A stretch of DNA of 64,000 nucleotides, taken from contig CM074816.1 of the NCBI GenBank assembly GCA_037447605.1, positions 372,001 through 436,000 on the forward strand, written 5' to 3'. Both the position numbers and the translations under genes were made by a program. This DNA comes from Zygnema circumcarinatum SAG 698-1b (lineage: Eukaryota > Plantae > Zygnematophyceae). This document shows positions 1 to 12,600 of this stretch, one piece after another. How positions within the stretch are numbered: position 1 is the first letter of the stretch; every line of letters begins with the position of its first letter. Below the pieces are notes generated by a model that was given only the letters and a program-made list of their open reading frames with translations, was not told where the DNA came from and searched no databases.

Positions 1-254
1 TGTAGTGGTACCCCTCCGAGATTCCTCACCATGCGCTATGTGCATGCATTCATGATGCGTATGCATGCGTGCATGTATGCTACCGCATGGGAAGGACGGT
101 TGGAACTATGTTGTCATATGTAGTTGTAATGAAAGTTTCGCTAATTTGCCCAGATTTGGCTACTGGGTTTGTTGGTCTGTTTTCTTATATTAGTAGTAAG
201 CCGCTGTCAAGTACCACACACGGAACACGCATCGTAATAATGTCTGCATTGGAC

Positions 255-410
255 GTTACCAAACCAACCAACCAACCGAACTAAACTCAACCAAACAAAA
301 CGAAACGAAAGCAAAGCAAACTTAGCCACATTATGCTAAAGCCAACCAAAGTACACCAACCCAAGCAACCAAATTAAACCAAACTAAACCAAATTAAACC
401 CAACTCCAAA
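255..410. repeat. Degenerate (ACCAA/AAAC)-rich low-complexity tract
   Basis: Directly visible runs accaaaccaaccaaccaacc, aaaccaaattaaaccaaactaaaccaaattaaaccc. Confidence 0.8.
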
Positions 411-433
411 TGTCTCAGACTTCAAAAATCTGG

Positions 434-933
434 ACTAATTGGATAAATAAATGGGAGCAATTGCGATGTTTATAAACATTGTCATACTGTCGTCTATAGA
501 AACGACATTAGATGGCTCTGTCCGCATCCTCAGCAAATTACTTCAGACCATGGCACACAGTTCTACTTTGACTAAGCCTCCATACCCGCGTTCCCTATAC
601 ATAGCCTCTGCAGAAATAGGTCAGTGTTCCTGGCGTACTGTCAACATTTAACGACATTAGTTTATTATGCGCCAATTTTCCGTGAAAAGTTGTCAGCGAG
701 TAACGAACCCGCCAAGTAGAACTAGGCCTAGCAGCCCCTCTAGATCGCAGGTCGAATCTAGAAATACTTATATACATTCCTGCGTCCAAATATGTTATGC
801 ACCGCTCCTTCGTGTACAAAGCAAGGCCAGTTTGAATTGCTGTCCCCTCCTTAGCTATACAGTTGTTTCTAAAGTCGATACTGAACACTGCCAACCCCTT
901 AGCACCGTTTGGAGACGCACATGTATGCTCCAC
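434..933 (-). mobile_element. Possible highly degenerate L1/Tx1-like reverse transcriptase relic
   Basis: Minus-strand fragments SIDFRNN, LYTKERCITYLDAGMYISISRFDLRSRG and, in another frame, QYARNTDLFLQ loosely recall the RT motifs DFxKAFD, LY..NG..S..F...RG and YADDT in the right order. There are frameshifts and stops, and the core motifs are mutated. Confidence 0.25.
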
Positions 934-1131
934 AGATGCCCCAATTCATCCTCCAGTGACCAGTAGTTACAACCCCCCATTCAAACCTCCCATCTCATGC
1001 TCCTCCCTCCATGGGCTCGTCCCCACTTCCAGCCATTGACTCCATTTACTTAAACGTCCATAATACATTCAGCTCCACCTCCCCTTGACATATAGTGCTT
1101 CTCCGTCCCCTGTCGTCCATGGAGTTCCATG

Positions 1132-4100
1132 TCAGTCTGCCTTAAAGGCACGCACAACTTCTCGTATTGGCGCTCGGCACAAAGGGCAGCGGGGGTCATC
1201 CTTCAGCAGCTGCATGCCGCACTTGTAGCAAGCACACATGTGCCCACACCTGTTACGAAACACATGGAACAGTTACATCGCTGAATTGACAGTTTGTCGC
1301 ATTCCATGGGAATATCAGGGATGGGGGGTTACGATGTGATGACGAGAAGTTGCAAGATACTAAAACGGGTGAACACAGGCTCAGCAGAATTGGAGGAGAA
1401 ACAGATGCACTGCAAGTAACCATAATCAGGATTACACAAATCGAAAGCACAACCCCATCATAATCCTTACTTCCCCATGTAGACATGTTCTAGCTTTTGG
1501 TTGCAAGTACTTGACGGCTATCTGAAAACGAGATCTGCCTTCCATCGGCTACGTAATAATGAATCAATCTGGATGATACATTTCAAGAGCACACACCACA
1601 AATAGAGGCAGATCCTGTATTCACCGAACTTACTTATACAAGAGGGAGTCAATATCATTCCGGCAGCAGATGCAGCACACCCCTGCCTTCATCAGCATCC
1701 ATTTGGAACCGTCTATTGCCTCCCTTGGCACCTCTGCAACCACCATTTTTCAAATAGCCAAGTTACCATTCGAACAATCTGCATATTTGCATGGCCGATG
1801 TGCAGTCCCAAATCCTCAATCATATACCCTCACGGATGCTTTTGGAAGAAGCCAATCTTATCTTATTCCATTACGAAGTGATCCTCGGCATAAGTTTAAA
1901 AAATCCTTCGTGGGGTTTAGAAGTTTTGTTCATTGAGAAAAAATGAATGATCATGTGTACCTCCACCAGCTGCTTCATAGACTCGGTTAAGTGCTCCCGC
2001 AAGCTCTTGCCGCTGCCCACGTTGCAGCTCCAACATCATATCCATTGTTGCTTCAAGGAGGCCTTCAAGCCGGGTCATACGCTCCATCATCCTTCCCTCC
2101 ATAGCTCGCAACTGCCCTTCAACTTCAGCTTCCTGAAACAGCCAACACGATGACTAATGATGATTAATATCGTTAACTAGATCAACTCTACTAATTTAAT
2201 AAGGTTACTCCGTGACTTGAATAAAGTGTTTCTTTCCTAAAGAAGAAAAAACGCGAGAAAGCTGCACAGAGGAGAGCAGCATGACTCGTAGCATACAAGA
2301 GGAGAAGAGAGGATTTGATTAGGAAAGTTGGGGACCTGTAAGTGGTGTGGAGTACGGTCTGTTTGGGGCCAAGACCATAGTGGAGTTGGAGGGAGAGGGG
2401 GCGGGGGAGGAGGTGGTAGAGGGGCTTGAAGCTCTCCCTGCTGCTGCTCTTGTGCAGGTTGGGGGGGTCCCCCTGAGTTTTGCCATGACTCCTGCTCAAT
2501 TGCAGGTTCAGTTCGTCGACGAGTAACGGCTCTCCGATGAGTTATGAGAGAGAGAATGAGATCATCAAGACGAGCCCGGAAGTCACTCCGTAACATATTC
2601 GTTACAGCACGTCTGCGTTTACAATAGACAACCAAAAGGCAAGGGCACAAGAGTAAGAACCTGGATGCATATGCAGTGAATCTTACACAGCTTCTCCAGC
2701 CAACAACCATTCAAGCAGCAAACACCAACAATGGTCTGTGTGCATTCTCTTTACAAGCTCTGCGTACCTCCTCCAGAGCTCTTGAATTTCCACGTTGTCA
2801 TCCATGGCCTGCCTCCTTCGGCTACGTGCTGCAGCATCTGCTGCATCTCTTTCACCCCGTCGGCCTCTCTGCAAGTCCTGCAGAGAAACTACTACAGGCG
2901 AGGATGCAGATGCAGATGCAGATCTTCCATTTATTTCAGAGGTATTGCCTTCAGTCCTTTCAGAAGCTAAGTTGGAGGATCCAGGAATAGGACCAAACTC
3001 ATGTTCTACTGAAGGGGAATTAGCAACATTTGAGTGACTGGCTATATGTGTTGTTGCAGATAAAGATCTGCTGTCAGATGGTCGGCTCGCTCGTCTTCCA
3101 GGAAGGGCCCCATGCGTGCCCACGATACTTTCCAGTCGTGATCGGAATGCAGCCCTGCAAAAAACAACTCACACCCTTCTGCTAGTTTGTAATCCAGAAT
3201 GAGAAAGCAGAGAGAGTAGAGGGCAGAGTAGAGAGCAGGCACACTCATTGCCACCAAAAAGTGGGTTCCTCCACGTCCCTCTGCCGTATAACTTCTTCCT
3301 GGCCAGTTTTGTAAGAACTCGCTGAACTCTCTAAATCTTGGAATGTGTGTCAGAATCTTTTAAGCGAGATTCTAGGACTAGTAATGAAAACTCCTCCAAT
3401 TAGTAAGAAAGATGCCTTTTGTGCATAACCATTTAGAAGAAAAGCCACCCCCGACAGAAACGTTTCACATCATAACCCTGAATGGAGGAGAGACCAAAAA
3501 CCAAACAGAGCAGCTAAAGCCTTTCTCAAGTTCAGTCCACATACCCTATTCCGCTAACAGATCGACGTTGCTGCAACTGTCCGAGTTCTCCAGCTGAAGG
3601 CCGCTCTTGTTGTTCGCTCGTAGCATCGCTGATCCTATTGGCAAAATCACCAGTCCGTTCGCGAAGGTGGGCCTGCAAAACCAAGCATTCACATATGCAT
3701 CAATAATACACACAAATAAATTTCCGCTTATATTAAGTGCAGAGATTAAGTGATTAGCTAGCAGCTTCACTCCCTGCCCTGCAAACAAAGTAACTACTAA
3801 GTAAGTACTTGTACACCACACGGACAACGACGAGCATCCACAGCGTTACGTCCAGACAAACCTCGTGAATCCAAAACTTGAACTTGAAAGGTGCGCTGAA
3901 AACAGGGAGCCCACACCAAAGATTTAAGAAACCGTCACTGGCTATGTGATGAACCCATTGGAAAATTGATTAGGAAGTTGAGAAAATCTAGGCCTCCTTG
4001 TACCTGCAACCTTTGACGGGAAGCGAATGCTGTCACTCCCCGCAGCTGCGAAAGTCCCCCCAACTCATTCTGAAGTTGCACTCTCTCTGTCCGGAGAACT

Positions 4101-5542
4101 TGTTCAAGCATTCTATCCCCTCTATTCCCCCCACCTTGAAGCGACTGCCCCTGAAAGCCTTCCAGTTGTGCTTCAACTTCATTATGGTAAGTGTCGTGCA
4201 CAGAGTTCGCCAATCTTTCTCCTTCCTGCCGGTTTCCTTGTACAACGCTTCCAGGCATGCTTCCTTCCGTCAGTATTCTTGCATTGGTGCTGTCAACACT
4301 TGGTAAATTAGTTCTATCACCGATCTCCTCGGAACCCCTTTGACTCATCAGTTCACTAGTGGAAGCTTCAGCCGTTGCAAATTGACGGACATTTGTTTCC
4401 AGGAAGGCTTCACCTGCAGGTGCTATATGAAGCATTTCCGACCTAGAATCGCCTTCACTTTGATGCTCTAATGCATGGCCCTCGTTCCGAAAAGGTCTCT
4501 CAACACCATCAGACAATTCTGTACTAGATGATGCGGTTCCACTAATATTTGGATGCAAAGTCCTCTCTGGGTCAGCCCCAAATCCAAACATCTCATTCCT
4601 GGGCCCTGCACCATTAAAAACTCTAAAACTCGTCCTGTCTTCTGTTCTTTCAGCAGTCCTCAACGCAGCTCTAGCACTCTCCAAATTCTGCACCCTCTCT
4701 CTCTCTATCTCCTGCTCAATCTCAAGCTCTCGCCATCTTCGAAGCAGAAGACTGAGCCCTCTCCTCCGTCGAGGGAAGCTTGCCGTCGACCGAGGTGAAG
4801 ACCTCTCTTGCAAGAACGAGGCATCGACCATCGACACCGCATGTTGACTGGAGAGAGCCAATAGCTCGGCCTCTCTTGCTTGTCGTTCCATCGTATTGAT
4901 CATATCCTGTGCATTCTCAGCACCCCACCTCTCTAACCTTTCCAGAATAGGAGGAGGAGGCCTTCTCCTGTCCGCAATAGATGTACTGGCTTCATCGATA
5001 TTGAGGTTGGGTCTCCTCCTACTATCTAATTCTCTGGCCCGGCCTTCAACATCAACCTCATCTGGACATGGAAGAGGATGCTGTTCCTCCTGGAGTGTTC
5101 CATCCTCCACAATTTCACGCATGTCGCTTACCAGCTGAGTACTACGACTATCTTCATACGTTGCAAACGAGAAGCAGGCTTCAAGATGGTCATGTGCGAG
5201 CTGTTCCAGCGCCCTGCAAAATAACAAGTCACTCGCTCAGCCTAAAAATTCAATAGAAGTGTGAAAAGAACAACAGACACAAGAAAATGCCATCTTACAC
5301 AGAAGTCAAAAAAGAGAGAATCCAACATTTCCCGATCCTAAAGCAAAGCACGCTGCTGCCGAATCATACCTCCGAAACTCCGAGTCCAAGTTTGTCACCG
5401 GATGCCTTTCTTGCAGATGCATCATCTCCTGCTTATGCTGCATCTGCTGGATCTGCAGAATCTCAGCCAACTGCGCATCCAATTCTCCCGACGGCACCTC
5501 ACTAGCTGCATCACTCCAAGAAGAAGAGGAAGTCGCCGCCAT
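1132..5542 (-). CDS. Multi-exon C3HC4 RING-finger protein, EDA18/At5g04460-like
   Basis: Spliced C-terminus VCCICCRNDIDSLLY|KCGHMCACYKCGMQLLKDDPRCPLCRAPIREVVRAF (exons ending 1634 and 1249-1132). Family motifs MERQAREAELLALSSQHAVSMVDASFL, NVEIQEL, RAVTNMLRSDFRARLDDLI and LLEATMDMMLELQR. GT-AG junctions at 5369/5214 and 1633/1250. Confidence 0.9.
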
Positions 5543-6715
5543 GGCGGAGCTCCCCTCCTCCGCCTGCTCGACCTTCACAGCTATCTCTCCTCAACTAAGC
5601 TGCCAATACAAGGATTGCTTAATGCGAAACCTCCCCCACCTCCCCCCCTTACGGAAGGAAATTTGACAAGGCTTGTAAATCTACATCTTTATCTGTAACT
5701 TTGCGGTCACGGCTTGACAGCTTTGGCAGCCTGTCAACGGATGGTTGTTGCGATGACGTCACAAACGGGAAGTTCGATCAGCGTCGACCGACCCTGGACA
5801 GTGTACCGGCTACCGCCGGTCACCGCCGGTCATCCCCCAAAAAAAGTGCCTCCCCTGAGTCCCCTCGCGTCCAATCGCCGCGCGCCGTCGCGCGAACGAA
5901 ACACATTTTGTGGAACCAATCCGAGGGCGTCACGTGCCGTGGATGCCGCATTTTTATTTATTTACTGGAAATGTGAACTATGAATTTGAATTGACACCAC
6001 TGCATTTGAACAGGAAATGATGTGCACGTCAATTCGCTATTGAGCAAAATGGGTTGACCGAAAAAAACGTTTTGATCCTGCCCGCCAATATGAAAGAGAC
6101 ACTCCAATGGTTGAAGGGCTAACATTTCTTCCTGCCCGCAAAAATATTTTCCACGTGATTTAGATCTGGTTCAAATTCACTGGCTTTAAATTTCCTCACT
6201 TCCTCCGGTTGCCTGTCGCCAGTTTTTAGCAACAAACCCGGTGTGCACCGGTCCCGGTCCATCTCCTCATTTTTGTACGGCGGTTGTCAAACCCTAACGG
6301 CGGACCGCTCACATGGAACAGCGCCAGGAAGCGACATGGAACTCCATTAGGGCTCGCTGGGAGGGAGGGAGGGAGGCAGGACGCCCGCAAGGAGAGCAGC
6401 TGCAGCTGAAGGGAGGATCTTGGGTCGGAGGGTGGGAGGGGAGGGGTGAGGGGGGGGAGGTGCGGGGAGGGCCGTGGATAAGAAACCAGAAACGATTTTA
6501 GGGTTACGGGTTGGGGCGGTGGACAGGAAGTTAGGAAGGGCTGGGTGGTGGGGGCGGAAGGGTAAGAGAGGTGTAAGAAGAAAAGAGAGGAGGGAGGGGA
6601 CAAGCGGGGAGGGAAAACGGGAAGACAAGACGGAGGCGAGGCGGCAAAGGGAAGGAGTGACAGGTGGAAGAAAGGAGGAAGAGAGGAAGGAGAGAAGAGG
6701 AACTGTCAGCTTAAT

Positions 6716-7447
6716 GTGGATTCGAATTGCATGGAGCAGGCCCATAGCCATATGCAATTAGAGCATCATCTGTCAAGGCAAGACGTGATGATTGATGATA
6801 TGCGAGAAGAGTTGAAGAGTGCACGTGAAGATGTACGAGAATTGAAGAGCATGTTCGAGCTTGCTCATAGCCATATGCGATTAGAGCAACATTTGTCAAG
6901 GCAGGATGTGATGATTAACAAAACACGAGAAGAGCTGAGGAGTTTGCGCGAAGTTGTACAAGAACTGAGGAGCATCCTCGCTGAGCATTCCGTTCCTGGA
7001 AGCACTCCAATTGTGACTCGACCAATCGTAGATCGAATTCAACAATATAGCGGTCCATCGACATCTTTTATGGACTCTGCTCCCCCGCATGATAGTCCTC
7101 CACCGGTCGATTATGGAGGTGTGCCAGACTTATTACGTCGACTCGTCACCGTTCGAGACGTCTGGAAGGCTTATGATGACGGGTTTGGCGGACTTCCTCC
7201 AATAAAGACGTTGGAGGGAAAAGGTAGGGCATGGCGAAGGCATGTCACAAAAGGTCAGTACTACAAATATAGTGTTATTTGGAGGAGCATAATCGAAAAG
7301 GCAGAGAAAGATGGAGTTGAAATATGCACAGTTGTAGATGAATTTCAAGAGAAACAAGATGCAGAAAAGTGGTCAATTCTTAAGTTTAGTGCTGAATTAC
7401 AACGTGAGCGTCCTGGTTCAAAAAAAAGAAAAACAGAAACTAGCTAG
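6716..7447 (+). CDS. GCR1_C-domain protein (Gcr1/Hot1/Msn1/CryptonF-type DNA-binding domain) with duplicated coiled-coil segment
   Basis: Uninterrupted 243-codon ORF. The C-terminal TVRDVWKAYDDGFGGLPPIKTLEGKGRAWRR...YSVIWRSIIEKAEKDGVEICTVVDEFQEKQDAEKWSILKF matches the GCR1_C (PF12550) pattern TVxDxWxEWxxGxxGxPxIxxLExxxGxxWR. There is a 123-nt internal repeat (6740/6863) and a terminal KKRK. The true start is uncertain (first ATG 6731). Confidence 0.75.
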   Translation: MDSNCMEQAHSHMQLEHHLSRQDVMIDDMREELKSAREDVRELKSMFELAHSHMRLEQHLSRQDVMINKTREELRSLREVVQELRSILAEHSVPGSTPIVTRPIVDRIQQYSGPSTSFMDSAPPHDSPPPVDYGGVPDLLRRLVTVRDVWKAYDDGFGGLPPIKTLEGKGRAWRRHVTKGQYYKYSVIWRSIIEKAEKDGVEICTVVDEFQEKQDAEKWSILKFSAELQRERPGSKKRKTETS

Positions 7448-9697
7448 AGGGAGAAAGGGAGGGAGAGAATGTAAGAGAGAGACAAATGGTAGGAATGCGG
7501 GCAGAAAGGCAGCGAAAGAGAGGGAAAGGTGGAGGAAACACGAGAGCGCAAGTGACAATGATACCAGGTGCAAGGATGACATAGGGAGGAGGGGGGGGAA
7601 AAGAGGAGAGGGGGAGAAGTTGCTGGAGTGGGGCCAGAACAGCGAGGATGACTCGTAGGAAGATGGTGGAAGAGTGTTTCAAATCATGCAAGAAAGAATA
7701 GAGAATTGTATGGAGATTTGATGACAGATGACGAGGCAAAGGGGAAAGCAGGAGACGGAGGTCGAGGAGGAGGATGGAGGGGGGAGTGGAGAGGGAAGGG
7801 GAAATGGGAGCGACAATGAATATGGGGAAAGGAAGGGGGCGGAGTAAGATTTGAGAGAAGACGCGGGGCTGTCTTCTTTGGTGAGGCTGAGGCTAGGCGG
7901 CCCGCTCTGGTCGACAAGGTGAAGAGAGGCAACAGCATGTGGAGGAGGCTGCTCAGGGAGATCAACTTGGGCTTCGGCGCATGCATTCAGAAGCACAGTG
8001 TGGAAATGGGAGGATAATGAAATACGTGGACTTTTGGATTTTTTTTTGCTCAAAGGAAAATCCTTCTCCTGGGTTCACAAGGGCCTGAACATTTGTCTCT
8101 GCTAGTGGCAAACGCCCTGCTTTCAACGGACGAAGTTTAGGTTCCTCTGCCGCGAACTGCCCCCCGACCTTCTGCGCTCAGACGTCGAAAAATTGCGCTC
8201 CTATGCGACACACATTATGGTGTCGGTCAAGACATGAATTCAAGCTCACAAGGTGTTGCCAGCCGGTAACTGCTCCGGAAGTAGCTGTGGACACCTTGTC
8301 TTTCTGGCCGGAACGGGCAAATCTGCAGACGCTCCGCCCGCAGGGTGTGGCTATTGAGTCTGCCATCGTTTCATTTCTGAGGTATGTGGGATGACTGCTT
8401 GATGGGCACTCATTTGATAGGGTTGGCAGGCGTGTTGATGAGACCTCAAGAACTGCCTCAAAAGTTCCTGATCCCTGCAATTTTGCACACTATAGCCCCT
8501 TTCTCTCTGCTGTAGCCATTCGTCGGCATTTGTTGATGTTCAAACAATCGTTCTTCACACAATCGACATAGGTTGAACATGGAGATATGTGCCAGCTCTC
8601 ACTTATGCCTCTTTCGCTTAGCAGCTGGCCCTTGCAGCAGAGAGGATCTCCTTACATTGTTGGCACCTTTGCAGAAATCTCTGCTTGAACTTTTGTGAAC
8701 TTTGGTGTAACTCCTTTGCTAGGTGTACTTCTAAAATCATTCTTTTGCAATTGACCAGGTTCTCCTTTGCATGCTATTGGGTTGCTTGATTAGCACATTC
8801 GCTGCCTGCGATTTTCAGCCCACTAGTGGATCCGCTGTCTTTCCATGCCGGCTGTCCCCTGATGTCATCTTCTTTGATCGGCTGTTGCAGGCTGCAGAAG
8901 CTGAGTCTTGGCGCTGCAGGGGTCGGCGCCTGCCTAGCAAACGCTGACCTTCGTTTGTTCGGCCTTCATCTTCATCTCATCTTCATCTTGGACTTTGGAA
9001 TGCACCCAATGGCTAGCTACTGTCCACTCGAGTGTTCCCAGGATAAGGACACCTCTGAAAACCGAAAGCGTTATCACTTGCACGGAATGTCGGGCGCGCT
9101 GCATTTCCTACTTCAGTTTTTTGAACCGTTGGTTGTTAAAGCAGGAAGTTTCGACTTTGACAAGGTTTTTTAAATAAAAGGCTTACATAATGAAGGGTCT
9201 ACTGGAGTTGTGGCTTTGACGTTTTAGTCGGAACGCTTCATATTGAGTTGTGAAACGATTGTGTGCTTGTTAACTTCAGAGTCGTATAATGTACATGCGA
9301 CGGCATGCCACATTTAGTGACTAGTCTGACAACATTCACCATCGCCATCTGTTCATCATATATCTCAATGGCCAATAATAGCATTCATCGAAGCCGGAGA
9401 CATCACACGGACAACAGACCACATCCTCGAGGGCAGACAAGCGGCTGAGGTCGATTGACTGTAATGAGTCCAACCTGAGCTACAACTGCAAAAGTGCAGC
9501 GTGAAAACTGCAATGGGGCTGCGTTACATCCAGCAGGATGCCGCCAACCTCACTAGTTCGACTCAATTCGAACACAAAAGGGACATTTCGTTAGACCCTA
9601 GTGCTATGCAGGCTTTTATCTGCACAGAGGTGGCCAGTGCAGCCACTGCGCGGCTGCTAAAGACACAGGGATTCCCCCCTGAGGCGGACTTCGTAGC

Positions 9698-12600
9698 TTA
9701 CAAACCCACATTCTCCGCCATGGACTGCAGCCTCTTCTCGCAGACAGTCAGGTTCCGGAGCACCACTCTGATAAACGCTTTTGCCTCCACCGTCTGATAA
9801 GAGAGAGCGGCTGCCGAGCGCAGACGGTGCCCTTCTCCCTTCCCTTGCGCGTTGCCTTGCAGAAGAACCGTGTGGTGAAGAGCATGCTTCCCAAGGGGCA
9901 TTGTGAACTGCAGGAGAGCAAACGCCGCACAGGTTCGTAGCACAGGGAACCGTGGATTCCGCAGCATTTTTACAAAGCGGGATAACTCGGCGCCGCTGTA
10001 GACCCACGATGAGTGTTTAAAGTTAGAGGAACTCTGTGTGATGAATGTAAAAAATTAACTCTTTGTGGACAACCATTAGTTGGGTGACAGAGTAACAACA
10101 ACTACTCTTTCTAAAAACTTCACACTTTCGACAAGCCAGTTCAGTCCGATCTTCCTTTCTACCTGCGTTGTTGTCCTCTACATCCACCATCCCAACAAGG
10201 CAAGAAAATATGTGCCAACCTTAACTTTTTGCTTTTCTTTCCGCAGAGGGGGGGGAGGGTGAAAGCAGATGCAGTGAATACTAAGTAAGGTGACCGACCT
10301 GCATCGGAGATGGCCTGCCTCCGGAATCGCTGCGTCCTTAGCTACCTGCGCGAGAGCAACTTCTCCTGCCGCTCCCACCTCTCCCACAGCTCCGGCAGCA
10401 GCCACACTTGCGGGATGCATACATGAACGAAGGAAGGCTTCGATGGAGGGAAGGGCCAATAGCCGCCCTTCAACCATTTCTTTTCCACCGTTGCAGCTCC
10501 TATGTTTACCCAAACCCCACCCCACGTAAGAGTCAGAGATTACCTTTGAGACCGAAAAGCTGCAGTCAAGCATACAGAGCTGAGCAATCTCACACATCTG
10601 CTTGCATCCATCAGGAGATGGAAGCGGATGGCAGCTGTTGGGGAGGTGATGAAGGGGGTGAAAGAGGGAGAGAACAACATAGGTGGTGGAATGGGGTTGG
10701 GAGAGTGAAGGGAAGGGTAAGCCACACACGTGTCAGAAAGCTATTAGGAATTGAGAGTGATTGAGTACCCGCAATCAAACATGTAAGCCAATGCCAAAGC
10801 TGCCATGAAACGCGCCATAGGAGACTGCGAAGTTGTGCATAGCTGCACTAAAGCCGGAACTCCTCCTTCCTCCACAATCATGGCTGCATTGTTCCGGTTG
10901 AATGCTAAGTTCCAAAGCGCACCTGCCGCTGTTTCATGGACATCCTGCAGACAGCCCTCGCATGCATGTACTCATGTTAGATTCATACATGTAGTCATGT
11001 TCGATTCATGCATGTAGTCATGTTAGATCCATGCATGTACTCATGTTATGTAGTCAGGTTAGATCTACAGTTCCAAAAAGACTGAAAGAGACAAAGCAAT
11101 CAGGGGATTGCCAAAACACACAGGGCCACCAATATAAGCGACTGATTTACAAGCTAAAGATCACATGCTTCTTTTGCAAAGGTCGAGATTGAGACTCTTT
11201 AGTCACATGATTCCCATAACCAAACTTAGAGGGAATAGAGACTAGGGCTCGATGCCGGTTCCTTTACACCAGTTAAAACGTATCCACCTAAAACGTAAAC
11301 GTTCATTTGCATTCGCTTAACTACGTGTGAAAGCATTTCATCTTCCATGTTCGTTCATTTCTGTTCCTACTTGTGCTGCTCCCGTAAGCACTTAGCTGGA
11401 ATTACGTTTTACTGGAATTATTTTTATGGATCTCATTTCTTACCATTGTCTGCGACTGAGCAAGGACGATCAGAGGCCCCACACCTCCTTCTCGTCCAAT
11501 GGCAATGCTGCAAATCAGACAGACAACTTCAATATCAATCATGAACGTAAGCCTGTCATCTCAAATTTTTGCAACACTGCGCACAGAAATCAGAAGGAAA
11601 CCAATCATGTTCTGGGATATCTCTCCGAAAAGGGAGGCAGCGAGAAAAGAAGTAGCGAGGGAGGAACGGATGTGGGCAAATTACAGGTCTTAGCCTCTTG
11701 TAATGGCTTGTTCAATTTCATGACCCGAAAGCTGAAGCTGTTTGAAAATTTCTGAGAGATGATAAGGATGCCACATTACCTGTTTGCTTCACTGACAGAT
11801 AAACCCCATAGTGCTCCTGCTGCCCTCTCCTGAAGACTAACGGATCCATGGCTGCAGGCTCTTGCTAAGGCCACCTGAACATATTAGGATAGCAATAAAT
11901 CGTCAGGAAATTGAGATGAGATTGTTGAGCCATAATGGGGGGTAGAACAAAAGGAGAGATTGACATTACTAAACAGTCTAAACCTTTCAATAGGAGAAGG
12001 GTGCAGCTGGGCAGCTCTTTGTTCTTTTCAAACTGCAACTAGACTATGGCAAATAGTTTTGAAGTTTTGATTCTCAAAGCGCCCCCCCCTTCCCCTTCCC
12101 CCCTTCCCCCTCCTCCACCTTTTCCCCTCCCCCACCCCCCTTTCCCCCCCTCCCCTCTCACCACCTCTCCCTCACCCTCTTCCCCCCCTCTTCCCCCCCT
12201 TCCCCCTCACTATCTCCCTTCTTCCCTTCGTAAGTCACCTGCACGACTGACTAAGGACTCCGTTACAGGGCCAGTAACGATGACCTAACTGCGACCTAAC
12301 AACGATGCACAAAGAATAAATGGATGCCTGGAAGCATAGTGTTCATAAATGTATTTTAACAGAAAGAAAGTGAGAACATCCACTTGCACTCTTTTCAACT
12401 GTGCTGTCTGCTTACTTAAATATTTTGAGTCCAAGTCATCTTCTGAATGGAACTTAAACACCACTACTGATAACAAAAGAAGGGCTATTGAAGCATGGCT
12501 AGAAGAATATATGAATAAATGTAAAGTTATGCTCGATCAGTGAAGCGTCCGGGAAAGTGAACAGTGAAGATAAATAAAGATGAAGCTATGCTCACCAAAG

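Noticed and set aside
5965-6195. Imperfect inverted repeat (TGAATTTGAA / TTCAAATTCA) as a MITE
   Set aside because: Only 10 bp is perfect and no target-site duplication was found.
7500-9600. Possible tyrosine recombinase or other gene next to the GCR1_C ORF
   Set aside because: The minus-strand frames I translated are interrupted by stops, the ORF track shows no long ORF on either strand, and no R-H-xx-R-H-Y arrangement was found. The region is left unexplained.
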